Shown: piece after piece, positions 29,701-37,572 of the stretch | Layout: every line of letters begins with the position of its first letter | Position numbering within the stretch: the stretch's first letter is position 1 | Source: a virus | Reading direction: 5' to 3' (one strand) | IMG/VR virus record: IMGVR_UViG_3300037245_001320 | Span: 64,001 to 128,000 of that record | DNA: 64,000 nucleotides | Made by a program: the position numbers and the translations under genes | Notes under the pieces: model-generated | The model's input: the letters and a program-made list of their open reading frames with translations, nothing else | What the model was told of the DNA's origin: nothing | Database searches by the model: none

Positions 29701-29900
29701 TCGCTCATCACCATACTGAGGGAATTAACGGAATCGTTCATATGCCTTGGAATGGGAAAGAGTGGATAACTGCTATGGTTATGATGACAGTAGTACTCCC
29801 TGCTCCAGCAACAATTCCTGCTAAGATTTCTTATTACTCAGGAAGTTCTGATTTATGTAGAATATCGGATGCATCCATAACTATAATAAGAGTTACATAA
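26781..29900 (+). CDS. Large mosaic virion/fibre protein
   Basis: YKG.YDA..N.P.L, EKTKL and NHTGTQ.ASTISDF fibre motifs; acidic and Thr-rich. Confidence 0.65.
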   Translation: MAGNKAWGAGGSGSGSLSPLEQRLIEEWTNNIVTYYGDPDTPLEGDVKIILEAGDLNGYRYESAVWVLKSTLVGDSIYTDRFVCVGDLFKGLYNGEDSMVRLATTLAKTLVTGDTDYNQVLTGVGDLLWVESDGVLEHSIPQPLFDEEVTTDFMEFCTDPSEYEKVIQSKFMVTHATATEVKMRWTAHLDVAKTNLIYESCTEFDYNNAIGQCMLDITTGLFFIEKPLYLSDLGGAKVYYTIYTEFPITYKGHTVDPGGANEQYYPYNEQWDYNAVGKIVAMQDWVDEYSVMKDDTDTTEMQFVSTNPDLDVDPTLLGTREVLKQYIDNAVSASLEYKGGYDASLNIPNLTIAPTGVLLGYFYTVTVAGTFFTADVLVGDALIAEVDDPSVEADWTILNRGLDAPTVKTLYESNPDTNAFQDAEKTKLGTVETNAEPNNISDISATDLTDLGDTALHYHSTDRARVNHTGTQTASTISDFDTEVSNNTSVADNTTHRSSDGKDHSDVVTNNAKVSFPEAPIDGERKTRLDGAWVAESIALTDEPTGFLLDATTGEIDLESSELLFVDGTRTFTIQPKNPATEFSIIQSGKLSTFNSAQDIIISDTEGVHYIYFKEGILYETTAFDISIIYSNVFVSALYWDVPNQEAIYIGEERHGCKMDGHTHTRLHQKDGTIYLIGLGINDFDLGNGSQDVHAQFSIGSGQIKDEDILITRDTISSTVGCPIFYKSGATGIWRREFNAGFSVLNALAGNNRLVWNEDVAGTWQKTEVANNDYVLCHIFTSNDINYPFFAIMGQADYDKKGDAREGALVEINNLIMAGLPFAEFVATGTVIFKTADGYTNAVKAKIETTDEGEDYVDWRNSGISPSSGTDVIQHNLTAGKQGGTINEYYHLTDLELVKLTGIEDGAQVNVYGTEFERVESLSESSTNTTQLDKIDMTSAMKPAGTYLVTANFQITNDRSGKEAVGIVTINGVVAHHHTEGINGIVHMPWNGKEWITAMVMMTVVLPAPATIPAKISYYSGSSDLCRISDASITIIRVT

Positions 29901-29909
29901 ACAAGGAGA

Positions 29910-29943
29910 AAACCCTCTTGTTAATCTGAGAGGGCTTTTGTTT
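29910..29943 (+). terminator. Intrinsic terminator
   Basis: AACCCTCTT-gttaatct-GAGAGGGCTTTT. Confidence 0.65.
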
Positions 29944-29962
29944 AAACCAGAAGGAGAAATAA

Positions 29963-30724
29963 ATGACAATAACTAAAACATACCCATTTACTACGGATAC
30001 TAATTATACTTATGATCCATTAAAAGTAGTGATAACAAATGGAGAGGCTTCATTACTAGATCTCGGTGGAGGAACATATGCAACAGATAATCCAACTATA
30101 GTCTTTAATGATGAATTACCTTTAGATGAATTACAATCATTTATAGAAACAAGTACTAAGGCAGGATTAGATGAGGTGAAATTTACGCTATCTAAGGAAG
30201 GGGTTGAGTATTATTACTCAGGGTCATGGGTTGTGAGTAATGGGACATATACAGAAGCAAACTTAGCGAGTGAGATAGAAACAAATAAGGCCTCCTTCAC
30301 ATCACTAGGAACTATAACAAGTATAAAGATGTTTTTACACTCAGATGATGGTACAACAACACCCTCCGTAGACCTTATCTCTGTAGATTATAATTTTGTT
30401 CCTGTTGAGGAAACAATTCCAACAACTTTACTATATTGGTATGCAAAACATACAAATGCAGCGGATGATACAGCTATAGCCACTATTGAACTTACAAATT
30501 CCGTAGTTAAATATGGAATACAGACAACTATAACAAAAGAAGCTATAGAGATTCAGCCAAATAGGGGCCTTTATCAGGTAGAAATAGTGGATACCCAAAA
30601 TATGGAAACAGATGCTAGTTCAAATCAGCAAACATACACACTAGTCATGGGCGGACAGACATTTACTTTACATATTCCTGCACTTGATTCTGTTAACCTC
30701 TATGATAGTGGAATAATAGTATAA
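29963..30724 (+). CDS. Putative virion structural protein
   Basis: Thr-rich and acidic, L.SDDG..TP motif, AAGGAG SD. Confidence 0.55.
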   Translation: MTITKTYPFTTDTNYTYDPLKVVITNGEASLLDLGGGTYATDNPTIVFNDELPLDELQSFIETSTKAGLDEVKFTLSKEGVEYYYSGSWVVSNGTYTEANLASEIETNKASFTSLGTITSIKMFLHSDDGTTTPSVDLISVDYNFVPVEETIPTTLLYWYAKHTNAADDTAIATIELTNSVVKYGIQTTITKEAIEIQPNRGLYQVEIVDTQNMETDASSNQQTYTLVMGGQTFTLHIPALDSVNLYDSGIIV

Positions 30725-30728
30725 ACTA

Positions 30729-30762
30729 AAAACCCTCTCAGATTAACGAGAGGGTTTTTTTA
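30729..30762 (+). terminator. Intrinsic terminator, possibly bidirectional
   Basis: AAAAACCCTCTC-agattaac-GAGAGGGTTTTTTT. Confidence 0.8.
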
Positions 30763-30973
30763 TTTACTGTACTTCCTGTAAAAATTTAATTAAACATTCC
30801 CGACAATAACTCATAGATCTAAGAAGTCGTGCTTCATTGTCTGTTGTGTGTTTACCTTTATGTGTATAAGTTAATACAACATACTAATTAGGATTGTTGT
30901 GACTTAGAGACACCCGCTGTGTCTCATCATGCATTAGGGTGATCGGTCAAGGGTATTATTTGTATATACCCGA

Positions 30974-30997
30974 AAAAAATTCCCACTATGGTATAAT
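30974..30997 (+). promoter_or_regulatory. Phage-specific promoter motif, copy 5 (lysis cassette, leaderless)
   Basis: AAAAAATTCCCACTATGGTATAAT; the ATG is 5 nt after TATAAT. Confidence 0.85.
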
Positions 30998-31002
30998 GAG
31001 AT

Positions 31003-31641
31003 ATGAAAGAAAATATATTAAAACAAGCAAGAACAGAATGGAATAAAGAAAAAGGTCAAGGGTATAGACATAAGAATACCGATTATAACTTACTAAATAA
31101 AGGTGATGGGAAGTATAGTATCTTTATACATGCTTCGGGAGATATTAAAAAAGACAAGGTGGACTGGGTAAGAAATTTCTCAGCGTGGCCTGTAAAGTAT
31201 AAGATGGGTAATGAAACATTTTATATTCATGCAGGGTTTTTATCTGCTTTTAGGGAACTACTATTTGATCTAATGCCAAGGATAAAAGAAGCTAAAGAAG
31301 TGGAAATTTCAGGAACAAGCTTGGGAGGAGCAATTGCACAAATTCTAAATGTATATCTACAATTAGAAACAGATATAAAAGTCAATTCAGTCACAACATT
31401 TGGATCTCCTAAACCATTCTTAGATTATGGAAGAGGGTATGTAATAGCATTGTGTTTAAGTGCAGGAAATACACATTACAGAATTTCTAAGGATATAGTT
31501 CCAGATCTTCCATGGTTTTATGGGAGTGTAGGAACAAGAGTACAAATTAAAACAGATAACAAGGTTAGAAGTATTATGGAATTCTTATTCAGAGGATTTT
31601 ATGATCACGCTAGTTATTGGAAGGAATTGAAAGATGAGTAG
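31003..31641 (+). CDS. Class 3 lipase-like alpha/beta hydrolase
   Basis: HAGF, nucleophile elbow GTSLGGA, TFGSP, DIVP and C-terminal DH. Confidence 0.85.
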   Translation: MKENILKQARTEWNKEKGQGYRHKNTDYNLLNKGDGKYSIFIHASGDIKKDKVDWVRNFSAWPVKYKMGNETFYIHAGFLSAFRELLFDLMPRIKEAKEVEISGTSLGGAIAQILNVYLQLETDIKVNSVTTFGSPKPFLDYGRGYVIALCLSAGNTHYRISKDIVPDLPWFYGSVGTRVQIKTDNKVRSIMEFLFRGFYDHASYWKELKDE

Positions 31642-32122
31642 ATTAAGAAATAGAGACGATGTATACAATGTAGAAAGCGGAGAAGTATTACTAATATTAA
31701 CCACAGGAGCATATGGTATACATGTTTATATAAGACATGAAGATGACAGTACAGCTATGTATGCACATTTAGCAAGCACAAACCTAAAAGTGGGAGACAT
31801 TGTTAAAGGATCAGATTTAATTGGTGTTATGGGGGAAACAGGTAATTGTCCATCAGGGATACATTTGCACATATCCTACTTTGGTAAGTATGCTAAAGAG
31901 TTGAGAGGAGAACATGCAAATGATCCAACTTTTTGGATACAATTATCAGGTAATTGGCCAACCAACACCATGGTTTCTGGGGGATTTCATGCTTTATACA
32001 AGGACGCTGATGGGAATGAGTATGAGCATGAAGGGATAGATCTATACTATACTAAGTTAATTGATAATTGGCAAGCAGGAAATATTGATCCAATGATACA
32101 AGATATGAGGATAGTTAAATGA
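31634..32122 (+). CDS. M23 peptidase (probable endolysin), circularly permuted
   Basis: YG..V.I.H, YAHL and IG.MG.TG...G.HLH motifs; the HxxxD motif (HEGID) lies at the C-terminus. Confidence 0.8.
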   Translation: MSRLRNRDDVYNVESGEVLLILTTGAYGIHVYIRHEDDSTAMYAHLASTNLKVGDIVKGSDLIGVMGETGNCPSGIHLHISYFGKYAKELRGEHANDPTFWIQLSGNWPTNTMVSGGFHALYKDADGNEYEHEGIDLYYTKLIDNWQAGNIDPMIQDMRIVK

Positions 32123-32358
32123 AAAATATAAAATATTTTCTAAAACAATTATTGAGTAAATCAGGCTCTATATCATCTAAGATCACATTTGGAATAATTC
32201 TAATAATAAATGCTATAGTTCTAGCCTATGTAAAACCTATAGATCAAAACTTAATAACACTAATTAACTCATTTTTGCTCTCGGGATCAGGATTATTGGG
32301 TGTGAGTATAGCATCAGATATAGTTACAAAGATAGGGAAGGGAAAGGATGACAAATGA
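32119..32358 (+). CDS. Holin (2 TM)
   Basis: G.ISSK motif, two hydrophobic helices and a basic C-terminus; between endolysin and spanin-like genes. Confidence 0.7.
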   Translation: MKNIKYFLKQLLSKSGSISSKITFGIILIINAIVLAYVKPIDQNLITLINSFLLSGSGLLGVSIASDIVTKIGKGKDDK

Positions 32359-32806
32359 TAAAATTAAAACAAAGGCTATTATCATTATTAGTATTGTATT
32401 GCTTCTTAGCCTCATCTGTAATGGCTACTTCCTTGGAAATTCCAGTGGAGATCAGTCAGAGCAACTTAAGCTCTATGAAGAACTTAATCGTAAATCTAAC
32501 ATCACAGAGGGATTACTTACAGACAGAATTACAAGAAGTGAGGAAGAACTTAACACAAGCAGAGAGTTATCAGAACAGCTCAGAGAAACTGTCGGGAATC
32601 TCAAGGAGCTTAACTCAAGAAGAGAGTCAGTTGATCGAATCGCTGAGGCTCTCAGTGGTAAGCTTAGAGGAGTCCTTGTCAAAAGTATCCTTAGAATTGA
32701 CACAGGCGAAGCTAGACTTAACCGATTACAAGAAGCTGAACAAAGAGAAAGACAAACTTTATCAGGACTCCTTGGATCAGATAGTGGTGGTGAAGAAAAA
32801 AACTAA
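32348..32806 (+). CDS. i-spanin-like protein (N-terminal TM + coiled coil)
   Basis: IIIISIVLLLSLIC TM followed by heptads; position after the holin. Confidence 0.6.
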   Translation: MTNDKIKTKAIIIISIVLLLSLICNGYFLGNSSGDQSEQLKLYEELNRKSNITEGLLTDRITRSEEELNTSRELSEQLRETVGNLKELNSRRESVDRIAEALSGKLRGVLVKSILRIDTGEARLNRLQEAEQRERQTLSGLLGSDSGGEEKN

Positions 32807-32888
32807 ATTCTGGCAAGTCCTCTCAGGAATATTTTCAATAGCATCTTTTATATTTGGAGGCTACCTTGGAATGCAACTTGCTCCATAA
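32355..32888 (+). CDS. Overprinted spanin-partner-like protein (signal peptide + coiled coil + C-terminal TM)
   Basis: +1 frame ORF overlapping 452 nt with its own AAGGA SD; both termini hydrophobic. Confidence 0.6.
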   Translation: MIKLKQRLLSLLVLYCFLASSVMATSLEIPVEISQSNLSSMKNLIVNLTSQRDYLQTELQEVRKNLTQAESYQNSSEKLSGISRSLTQEESQLIESLRLSVVSLEESLSKVSLELTQAKLDLTDYKKLNKEKDKLYQDSLDQIVVVKKKTKFWQVLSGIFSIASFIFGGYLGMQLAP

Positions 32889-32890
32889 AC

Positions 32891-33129
32891 GAGCATACAA
32901 CGATCAAATACACATAGTCAACAAATCATACCACTAACAACAAAAGACCGCTCAGAGATCGATTAAGCATCCTTCTCAGCGGTCTTTTCTTTATATCAGC
33001 ACTTAATAAAACACTACCCCTATAATAACATTACCTACAAACACATTTAACGAAAAAGAGCCTGTGAGCTCCCCAAACAATAAAAAGGTAAAATCATACC
33101 ACTTCTTATCAAAGATCGCTTACAGGCTC
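32891..33129. repeat. Two imperfect ~72-bp direct repeats with core AAATCATACCACT at the arm convergence
   Basis: Cores at 32923-32935 and 33091-33103, each followed by AAAGA(C/T)CGCT. Confidence 0.6.
32942..32990. terminator. Probable bidirectional terminator
   Basis: AAAAGACCGCT...AGCGGTCTTTT inverted repeat between convergent arms. Confidence 0.6.
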
Positions 33130-33145
33130 AGTCAGACGCATAGAA

Positions 33146-33454
33146 TCAAGTATTATTATGTAACGCTAGGATAATTTCTTCCTTAGCACTTCTTATTTCC
33201 TTAGTCAACTTCCGTAACATATCTGGTTGGGAAGAGCTCATCTTATCAATCAGCATCCTATCGTAAAGATTCTCTAATGCAGACTCATAATTTTTATGAT
33301 AAGACATAGAACTATTCAATATCTTCTCTTTCCCTTTATCCTCTCCTGACTGTACAACTGTTAACTTACCTACAATTATATTCAAAGGAATCTGAGAGAT
33401 AGCATACTCTCCAAATCTTAATAAAGCTTGTGTTTCTCTTGATGGATTACTCAT
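33146..33454 (-). CDS. Hypothetical protein
   Basis: GGAGG SD and ATGA overlap. Confidence 0.6.
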   Translation of the reverse strand: MSNPSRETQALLRFGEYAISQIPLNIIVGKLTVVQSGEDKGKEKILNSSMSYHKNYESALENLYDRMLIDKMSSSQPDMLRKLTKEIRSAKEEIILALHNNT

Positions 33455-33843
33455 AAGCCTCCCATCCTTTTGTTATTTCCATTAGCATATTCTAATAACC
33501 TTCCGAGCTCTTCACTAATGGGTAAGAACCAATCTAAGGGAAAACTATTGTGTCTCCTCTGTTGTAAATCTTCTCCTTCATAATTATAAATACCCTCCAG
33601 TACACCAAACCTATCTTTAGATATATGCTTTACCTTTGCATAGAAGGGTTCTCCAGCAGAGGGAATATGTACCTGACACCATTCCCCAACAGATACTTCT
33701 TTCTTACTCAATGCTATATTACTATTTACTTTTATTCTTTCCTGAATAGCTTCGATGTTCTCAAAAGGATATCTAATCCCATTCTCAACAATGTTCTTAA
33801 TCTTCTCTAGATCTTCATTGATCTGCTTCTTTACTTTTTGCAT
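33451..33843 (-). CDS. Hypothetical protein
   Basis: ORF in the operon, with SD. Confidence 0.6.
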   Translation of the reverse strand: MQKVKKQINEDLEKIKNIVENGIRYPFENIEAIQERIKVNSNIALSKKEVSVGEWCQVHIPSAGEPFYAKVKHISKDRFGVLEGIYNYEGEDLQQRRHNSFPLDWFLPISEELGRLLEYANGNNKRMGGL

Positions 33844-34826
33844 ATTATCTCTCCTACGTTCCCTATTATTTTAAGTGTCTCCACTTCTTTTAAAATCTCT
33901 TCTAAATTATGTTCAACAACGAGAGAATAATCTATAAAACAATATTTTTCATGATTTTCTTTTTTTGGCCAAATCCTCATATTTGTAGGACAGTTACATA
34001 ATTGCATCAATCTCTTAATCTCATTTTTATGTTTTTTCTCAGATAAAGTTAAAATAATGTCTCTAAAATAACTTAAAGGTATGATGTGATCTATGTGGTA
34101 TTTATTGGAATCTTTATTATAGTCCTTCCAAGTATACAATCCTTTATTGAATTGTTTTATATAATCCTCCCAAGAATATCCATTATCATAAATAATATCT
34201 TTAGTATGAAAGTCTTCCTGATTCTGTAAGTGTCTCCGTATACGCTTACAGAATTTCCTTAATTTCCTATTCATCTTGCCTTTTGGTGAATTGTTATAGG
34301 CTTTTGTGGTCCTCCTTCCTTGCTCAGACTCCCGATAACCTTTTGCTTTTTTCTTCCCTTCCTCTGTTTGTGCTCTTTTCCTGTTTCTTTCTTTGACTTC
34401 AGGCCGAGAATGATACTCTTTAGCATACTCTGGACAATATTTGGCAGGTGTTGTTAATTTGTATAGGTTTTCCCATGTTTGGTGTAATTCTTTATTGTTT
34501 TTATGGTCATAGAATAACAGTAGTGCATTTGTGCTTTTTCGTTCTTCTGTTGAAAGTAACTTAAATCGTCCTCCTTTTTTGAGCAATATTGCATGCATAT
34601 CTAGTAAAGAAAGCTTCTGCATACCTTTACGAGCACACATAATACAATTAGATCTGTTGTTTAGTACTTCAGAAACGGTGTTATTCCAACTATGTCCGCA
34701 CCCATCAACCAAACACTCCCACTCCAGTACTTCTCCCGCTATCTTATATTCCTCAGAGACTAATTTTATATTTCGTCCCTCCAACCTAGTCTCAATTTCT
34801 TTTTTTGTTGTTAATTTTCTTCCCAA
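33831..34826 (-). CDS. HNH endonuclease with N-terminal zinc ribbon
   Basis: W.C....CGH.W...C..C ribbon, RPEV linker and HIDHIIP...NMRIWP..EN..K (paralogous to 1794-2855). Confidence 0.8.
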   Translation of the reverse strand: MGRKLTTKKEIETRLEGRNIKLVSEEYKIAGEVLEWECLVDGCGHSWNNTVSEVLNNRSNCIMCARKGMQKLSLLDMHAILLKKGGRFKLLSTEERKSTNALLLFYDHKNNKELHQTWENLYKLTTPAKYCPEYAKEYHSRPEVKERNRKRAQTEEGKKKAKGYRESEQGRRTTKAYNNSPKGKMNRKLRKFCKRIRRHLQNQEDFHTKDIIYDNGYSWEDYIKQFNKGLYTWKDYNKDSNKYHIDHIIPLSYFRDIILTLSEKKHKNEIKRLMQLCNCPTNMRIWPKKENHEKYCFIDYSLVVEHNLEEILKEVETLKIIGNVGEIICKK

Positions 34827-34862
34827 TTATTTTACTTCCTTTTGTTCTGTTATATTAAATTT

Positions 34863-34895
34863 AAAAAGGCAGAAGATAAAACTACCTCTGCCTCT
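34863..34895 (-). terminator. Terminator-like hairpin between promoter copy 6 and the HNH gene
   Basis: AGAGGCAGAGG-tagttttat-CTTCTGCCTTTTT on the minus strand. Confidence 0.6.
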
Positions 34896-34896
34896 T

Positions 34897-34920
34897 ATTA
34901 TACCATAGTGGGAATTTATT
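34897..34920 (-). promoter_or_regulatory. Phage-specific promoter motif, copy 6
   Basis: AATAAATTCCCACTATGGTATAAT (one mismatch) on the minus strand. Confidence 0.8.
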
Positions 34921-34927
34921 TTAGTAT

Positions 34928-36647
34928 TTATGAAATTCTCACTTCTGAAATAAATTTTAAATCATCTTTGGAGAGCTCTAATCCAAACAAATCATACATT
35001 TCTAAGATATAGTCAGATATTCCATGTATAGGATCAGAAGCAAATAAATAGTATCGCTCTTCTTCTGAATATGAATCTCCTCCTCTCTCAGCTTCAATGA
35101 AGTTTGGTTCTGGATGTTCTTGTGCCTCAGCATAAAGATATAAACCATATACAAGCCCTTCTCGTTTTATGTAATCCCAAAACCCATCTAAATTACTAGC
35201 TGTACAAAAGCCCTCAGAAATCTCAATACCTATACCAGCACATGAATTGTAATCTACACTCATACCTTGTTTCCTTCTTTATCATATTTCTGCATATTAC
35301 TCACATCCTTAGCAGTTTGTGCACAAGCTTCTTCGATCTCATTCCATTCCACTTCTCCATAACCAGACCAATTATCTACACCCATACCCTCTAACCCAGA
35401 TAGCTCTTCTGACTCATTTAGTAGATTAATGTATTCTGTAGCTGTTATTAGTACATATTCTTCTTTCTTGCTCATATCTTACTCCTTTATTAGCTTTTGT
35501 ATAGCATTACTTATTTTCTTTTCTTGCTCTTTGTCTTTATGTTGTTGCCATGCATTATTTAAATTCTCTAACAGTGATAACTCAGTATTGAATTTGTGCA
35601 CTTCCGAAAAACTGTAACCATAATATAAAGTAATCGTGTTTCCTTTTACTTTTAGATCATAGTCATATAACTTATGTCTCTCACAGAATCTGGTAATAAT
35701 CTCAGAGTTCTTTAATGCTTTAACATAAGCCTCTAGTATACCAACTCTTACATCAATCACCTCATCTTTTGAACAAGGCACAACGGTTCCAACAACACCA
35801 TCTTTTAACACAACTGTTGTAGTTCCTTTCTTCTCTGAAAATGTAATAAACTTAATATCATCAAATCTCCTAAGGTAATCCTCTACTAGACTTTCTCTGG
35901 TAACTTTCTTTACTAACTCTGCTGTTTCAAGGCAGTCTTTATACACCGGATCTCTTTCCTCAAACAGGGACACTATTAACTCCATTCCATTATACATACC
36001 TGTCATGTAATTGTCGTGATCCCAATTCCCAGTAGATCCTTGAACTTTTAATAGTTCATTTGCTTTTTCTAACTTCTCTAACATTATTATTTCTCCTTAT
36101 TTAATTATACTTGCTAAATCATCAGGCATCCATCCATCTGAAGCAGACCCCCATACAATATAGGAACCATCATACCAATATCCAGCATTTATATCTTTTC
36201 CTACCACAGCTAAACAGGATCCACCAAAACAACCACACCCTGCAATACTTATGCCTGTTTTTCTAGTTAACTTAGCTAATCCTACTAGAAAAACCTTTTC
36301 TCTTTCTTCCATATTATTTCTCCTTGTCATTTGCTTACCTTCTTCCAAAACTCCCTCAAGAGTTCTTTCTCTGTTTTCTCTTTCTTATCATAGGGCTTAT
36401 GTAAAACATTCTCATAGAAGAACTTCATATATTCCTCTGAGTTCTTTACATCTTCCCACACTTCTTGCCATGTATAGCTCCCTGTAAAATAATCTGATAT
36501 ATCCCATGAACAGAAGCAATGTTTGTACTTTCCTCCATCAGGAACATCTTCTTGGTGCCTCACTGCCTTTGATGCATTTCTTTTATCAATATATGTGTAC
36601 TTTCCATGGTCTTGGTGGATTGGGATTTTTCTGTAGCTTCTGGCCAT
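34928..36647 (-). CDS. Run of small hypothetical genes (34928-35263, 35260-35475, 35479-36084, 36097-~36311, 36327-36647)
   Basis: Tightly packed ORFs with SDs. 35260 has the L..LE..GVDNW.GY pattern common in phages and 36327 has the MARSYRK.P conserved-hypothetical pattern. Confidence 0.6.
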
Positions 36648-36657
36648 TGGGTTCTCC

Positions 36658-37572
36658 TTATACTGTGTAATCTCTTGTTAAATCCATGTATTCAATTATA
36701 GGTAATGTTCCACTGTCTTTTATTATACCCACATTGATATGACTCTTCGCAAAATGCTTCCCATATGCAAAAGCAAAACTTTTATCATCTATACCACATC
36801 CAATTTGACAAGCAAATAATCTCTTGTGTGTTCCAACAAAATGTCTTATGTATGACTTACTATGAAAATGCCCCTGACAGCAACTCAACATGTCCTCTTT
36901 AACTCTTGAATCAGCTTGTCTCCCAATACCATGGCAGTATTTAACATCGTCAAAAGTAAACTCATCTGAATACACCCAATTAGGTGTTTCCAATATTTCA
37001 CTAACTGATTTGATCCATTGAGAGCTAATACCAGAAGCAAATGCCTTTCTGTTGGCATGACTATCATGATTACCTAAAGTAACAAATGCTTTTGGGAACG
37101 CCTCATACCAAGCTTTGACAGCTCTTTTAGATGCTTCTAACTCCCCAACGCCTGAATAAGGGCTATCAGGATCAGTTCCATGGAAAGATGTGTAATGACC
37201 ATCAACTATATCCCCAATAAAAACAACCGTTTCACAATTATGCTTCTCTTTCATTTCTAAACAAAACTCTCTGTATCCTTTTCTTGTAAAGGGTTGATGG
37301 AGATCTCCAATAACCAATACATTCCCTACGTTCTTAGTGGGAGGTATAATACTCATTGAAACTTCTTCCTTGGTAGATAATCCCAATTTCTCCCTAGTAA
37401 ACTCTCTTCCTTCTCTTAAATAACGGTTAAACGTCTCTAATTCTAAATCAGTTTCAAACTCTCTGTTGAATTCTTTTAACCACTGTTCTCTTTTTGTCTT
37501 GTCTAAATTCTTCGTGTTAATAACTTCATTCTCTAAGCATAAGTTGCTTACCCATTCCTGTCTCTTACTCAA
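36658..37572 (-). CDS. Calcineurin-like metallophosphoesterase
   Basis: GDLH, GDIVD, GNHD, HG and GHFH motifs. Confidence 0.88.
   Translation of the reverse strand: MSKRQEWVSNLCLENEVINTKNLDKTKREQWLKEFNREFETDLELETFNRYLREGREFTREKLGLSTKEEVSMSIIPPTKNVGNVLVIGDLHQPFTRKGYREFCLEMKEKHNCETVVFIGDIVDGHYTSFHGTDPDSPYSGVGELEASKRAVKAWYEAFPKAFVTLGNHDSHANRKAFASGISSQWIKSVSEILETPNWVYSDEFTFDDVKYCHGIGRQADSRVKEDMLSCCQGHFHSKSYIRHFVGTHKRLFACQIGCGIDDKSFAFAYGKHFAKSHINVGIIKDSGTLPIIEYMDLTRDYTV

Noticed and set aside
30764-30935. Minus-strand ORF MHDETQRVSLSHNNPN*YVVLTY...CRECLIKFLQEVQ
   Set aside because: It has an internal amber stop, no SD and no recognisable family. At most a decayed remnant.
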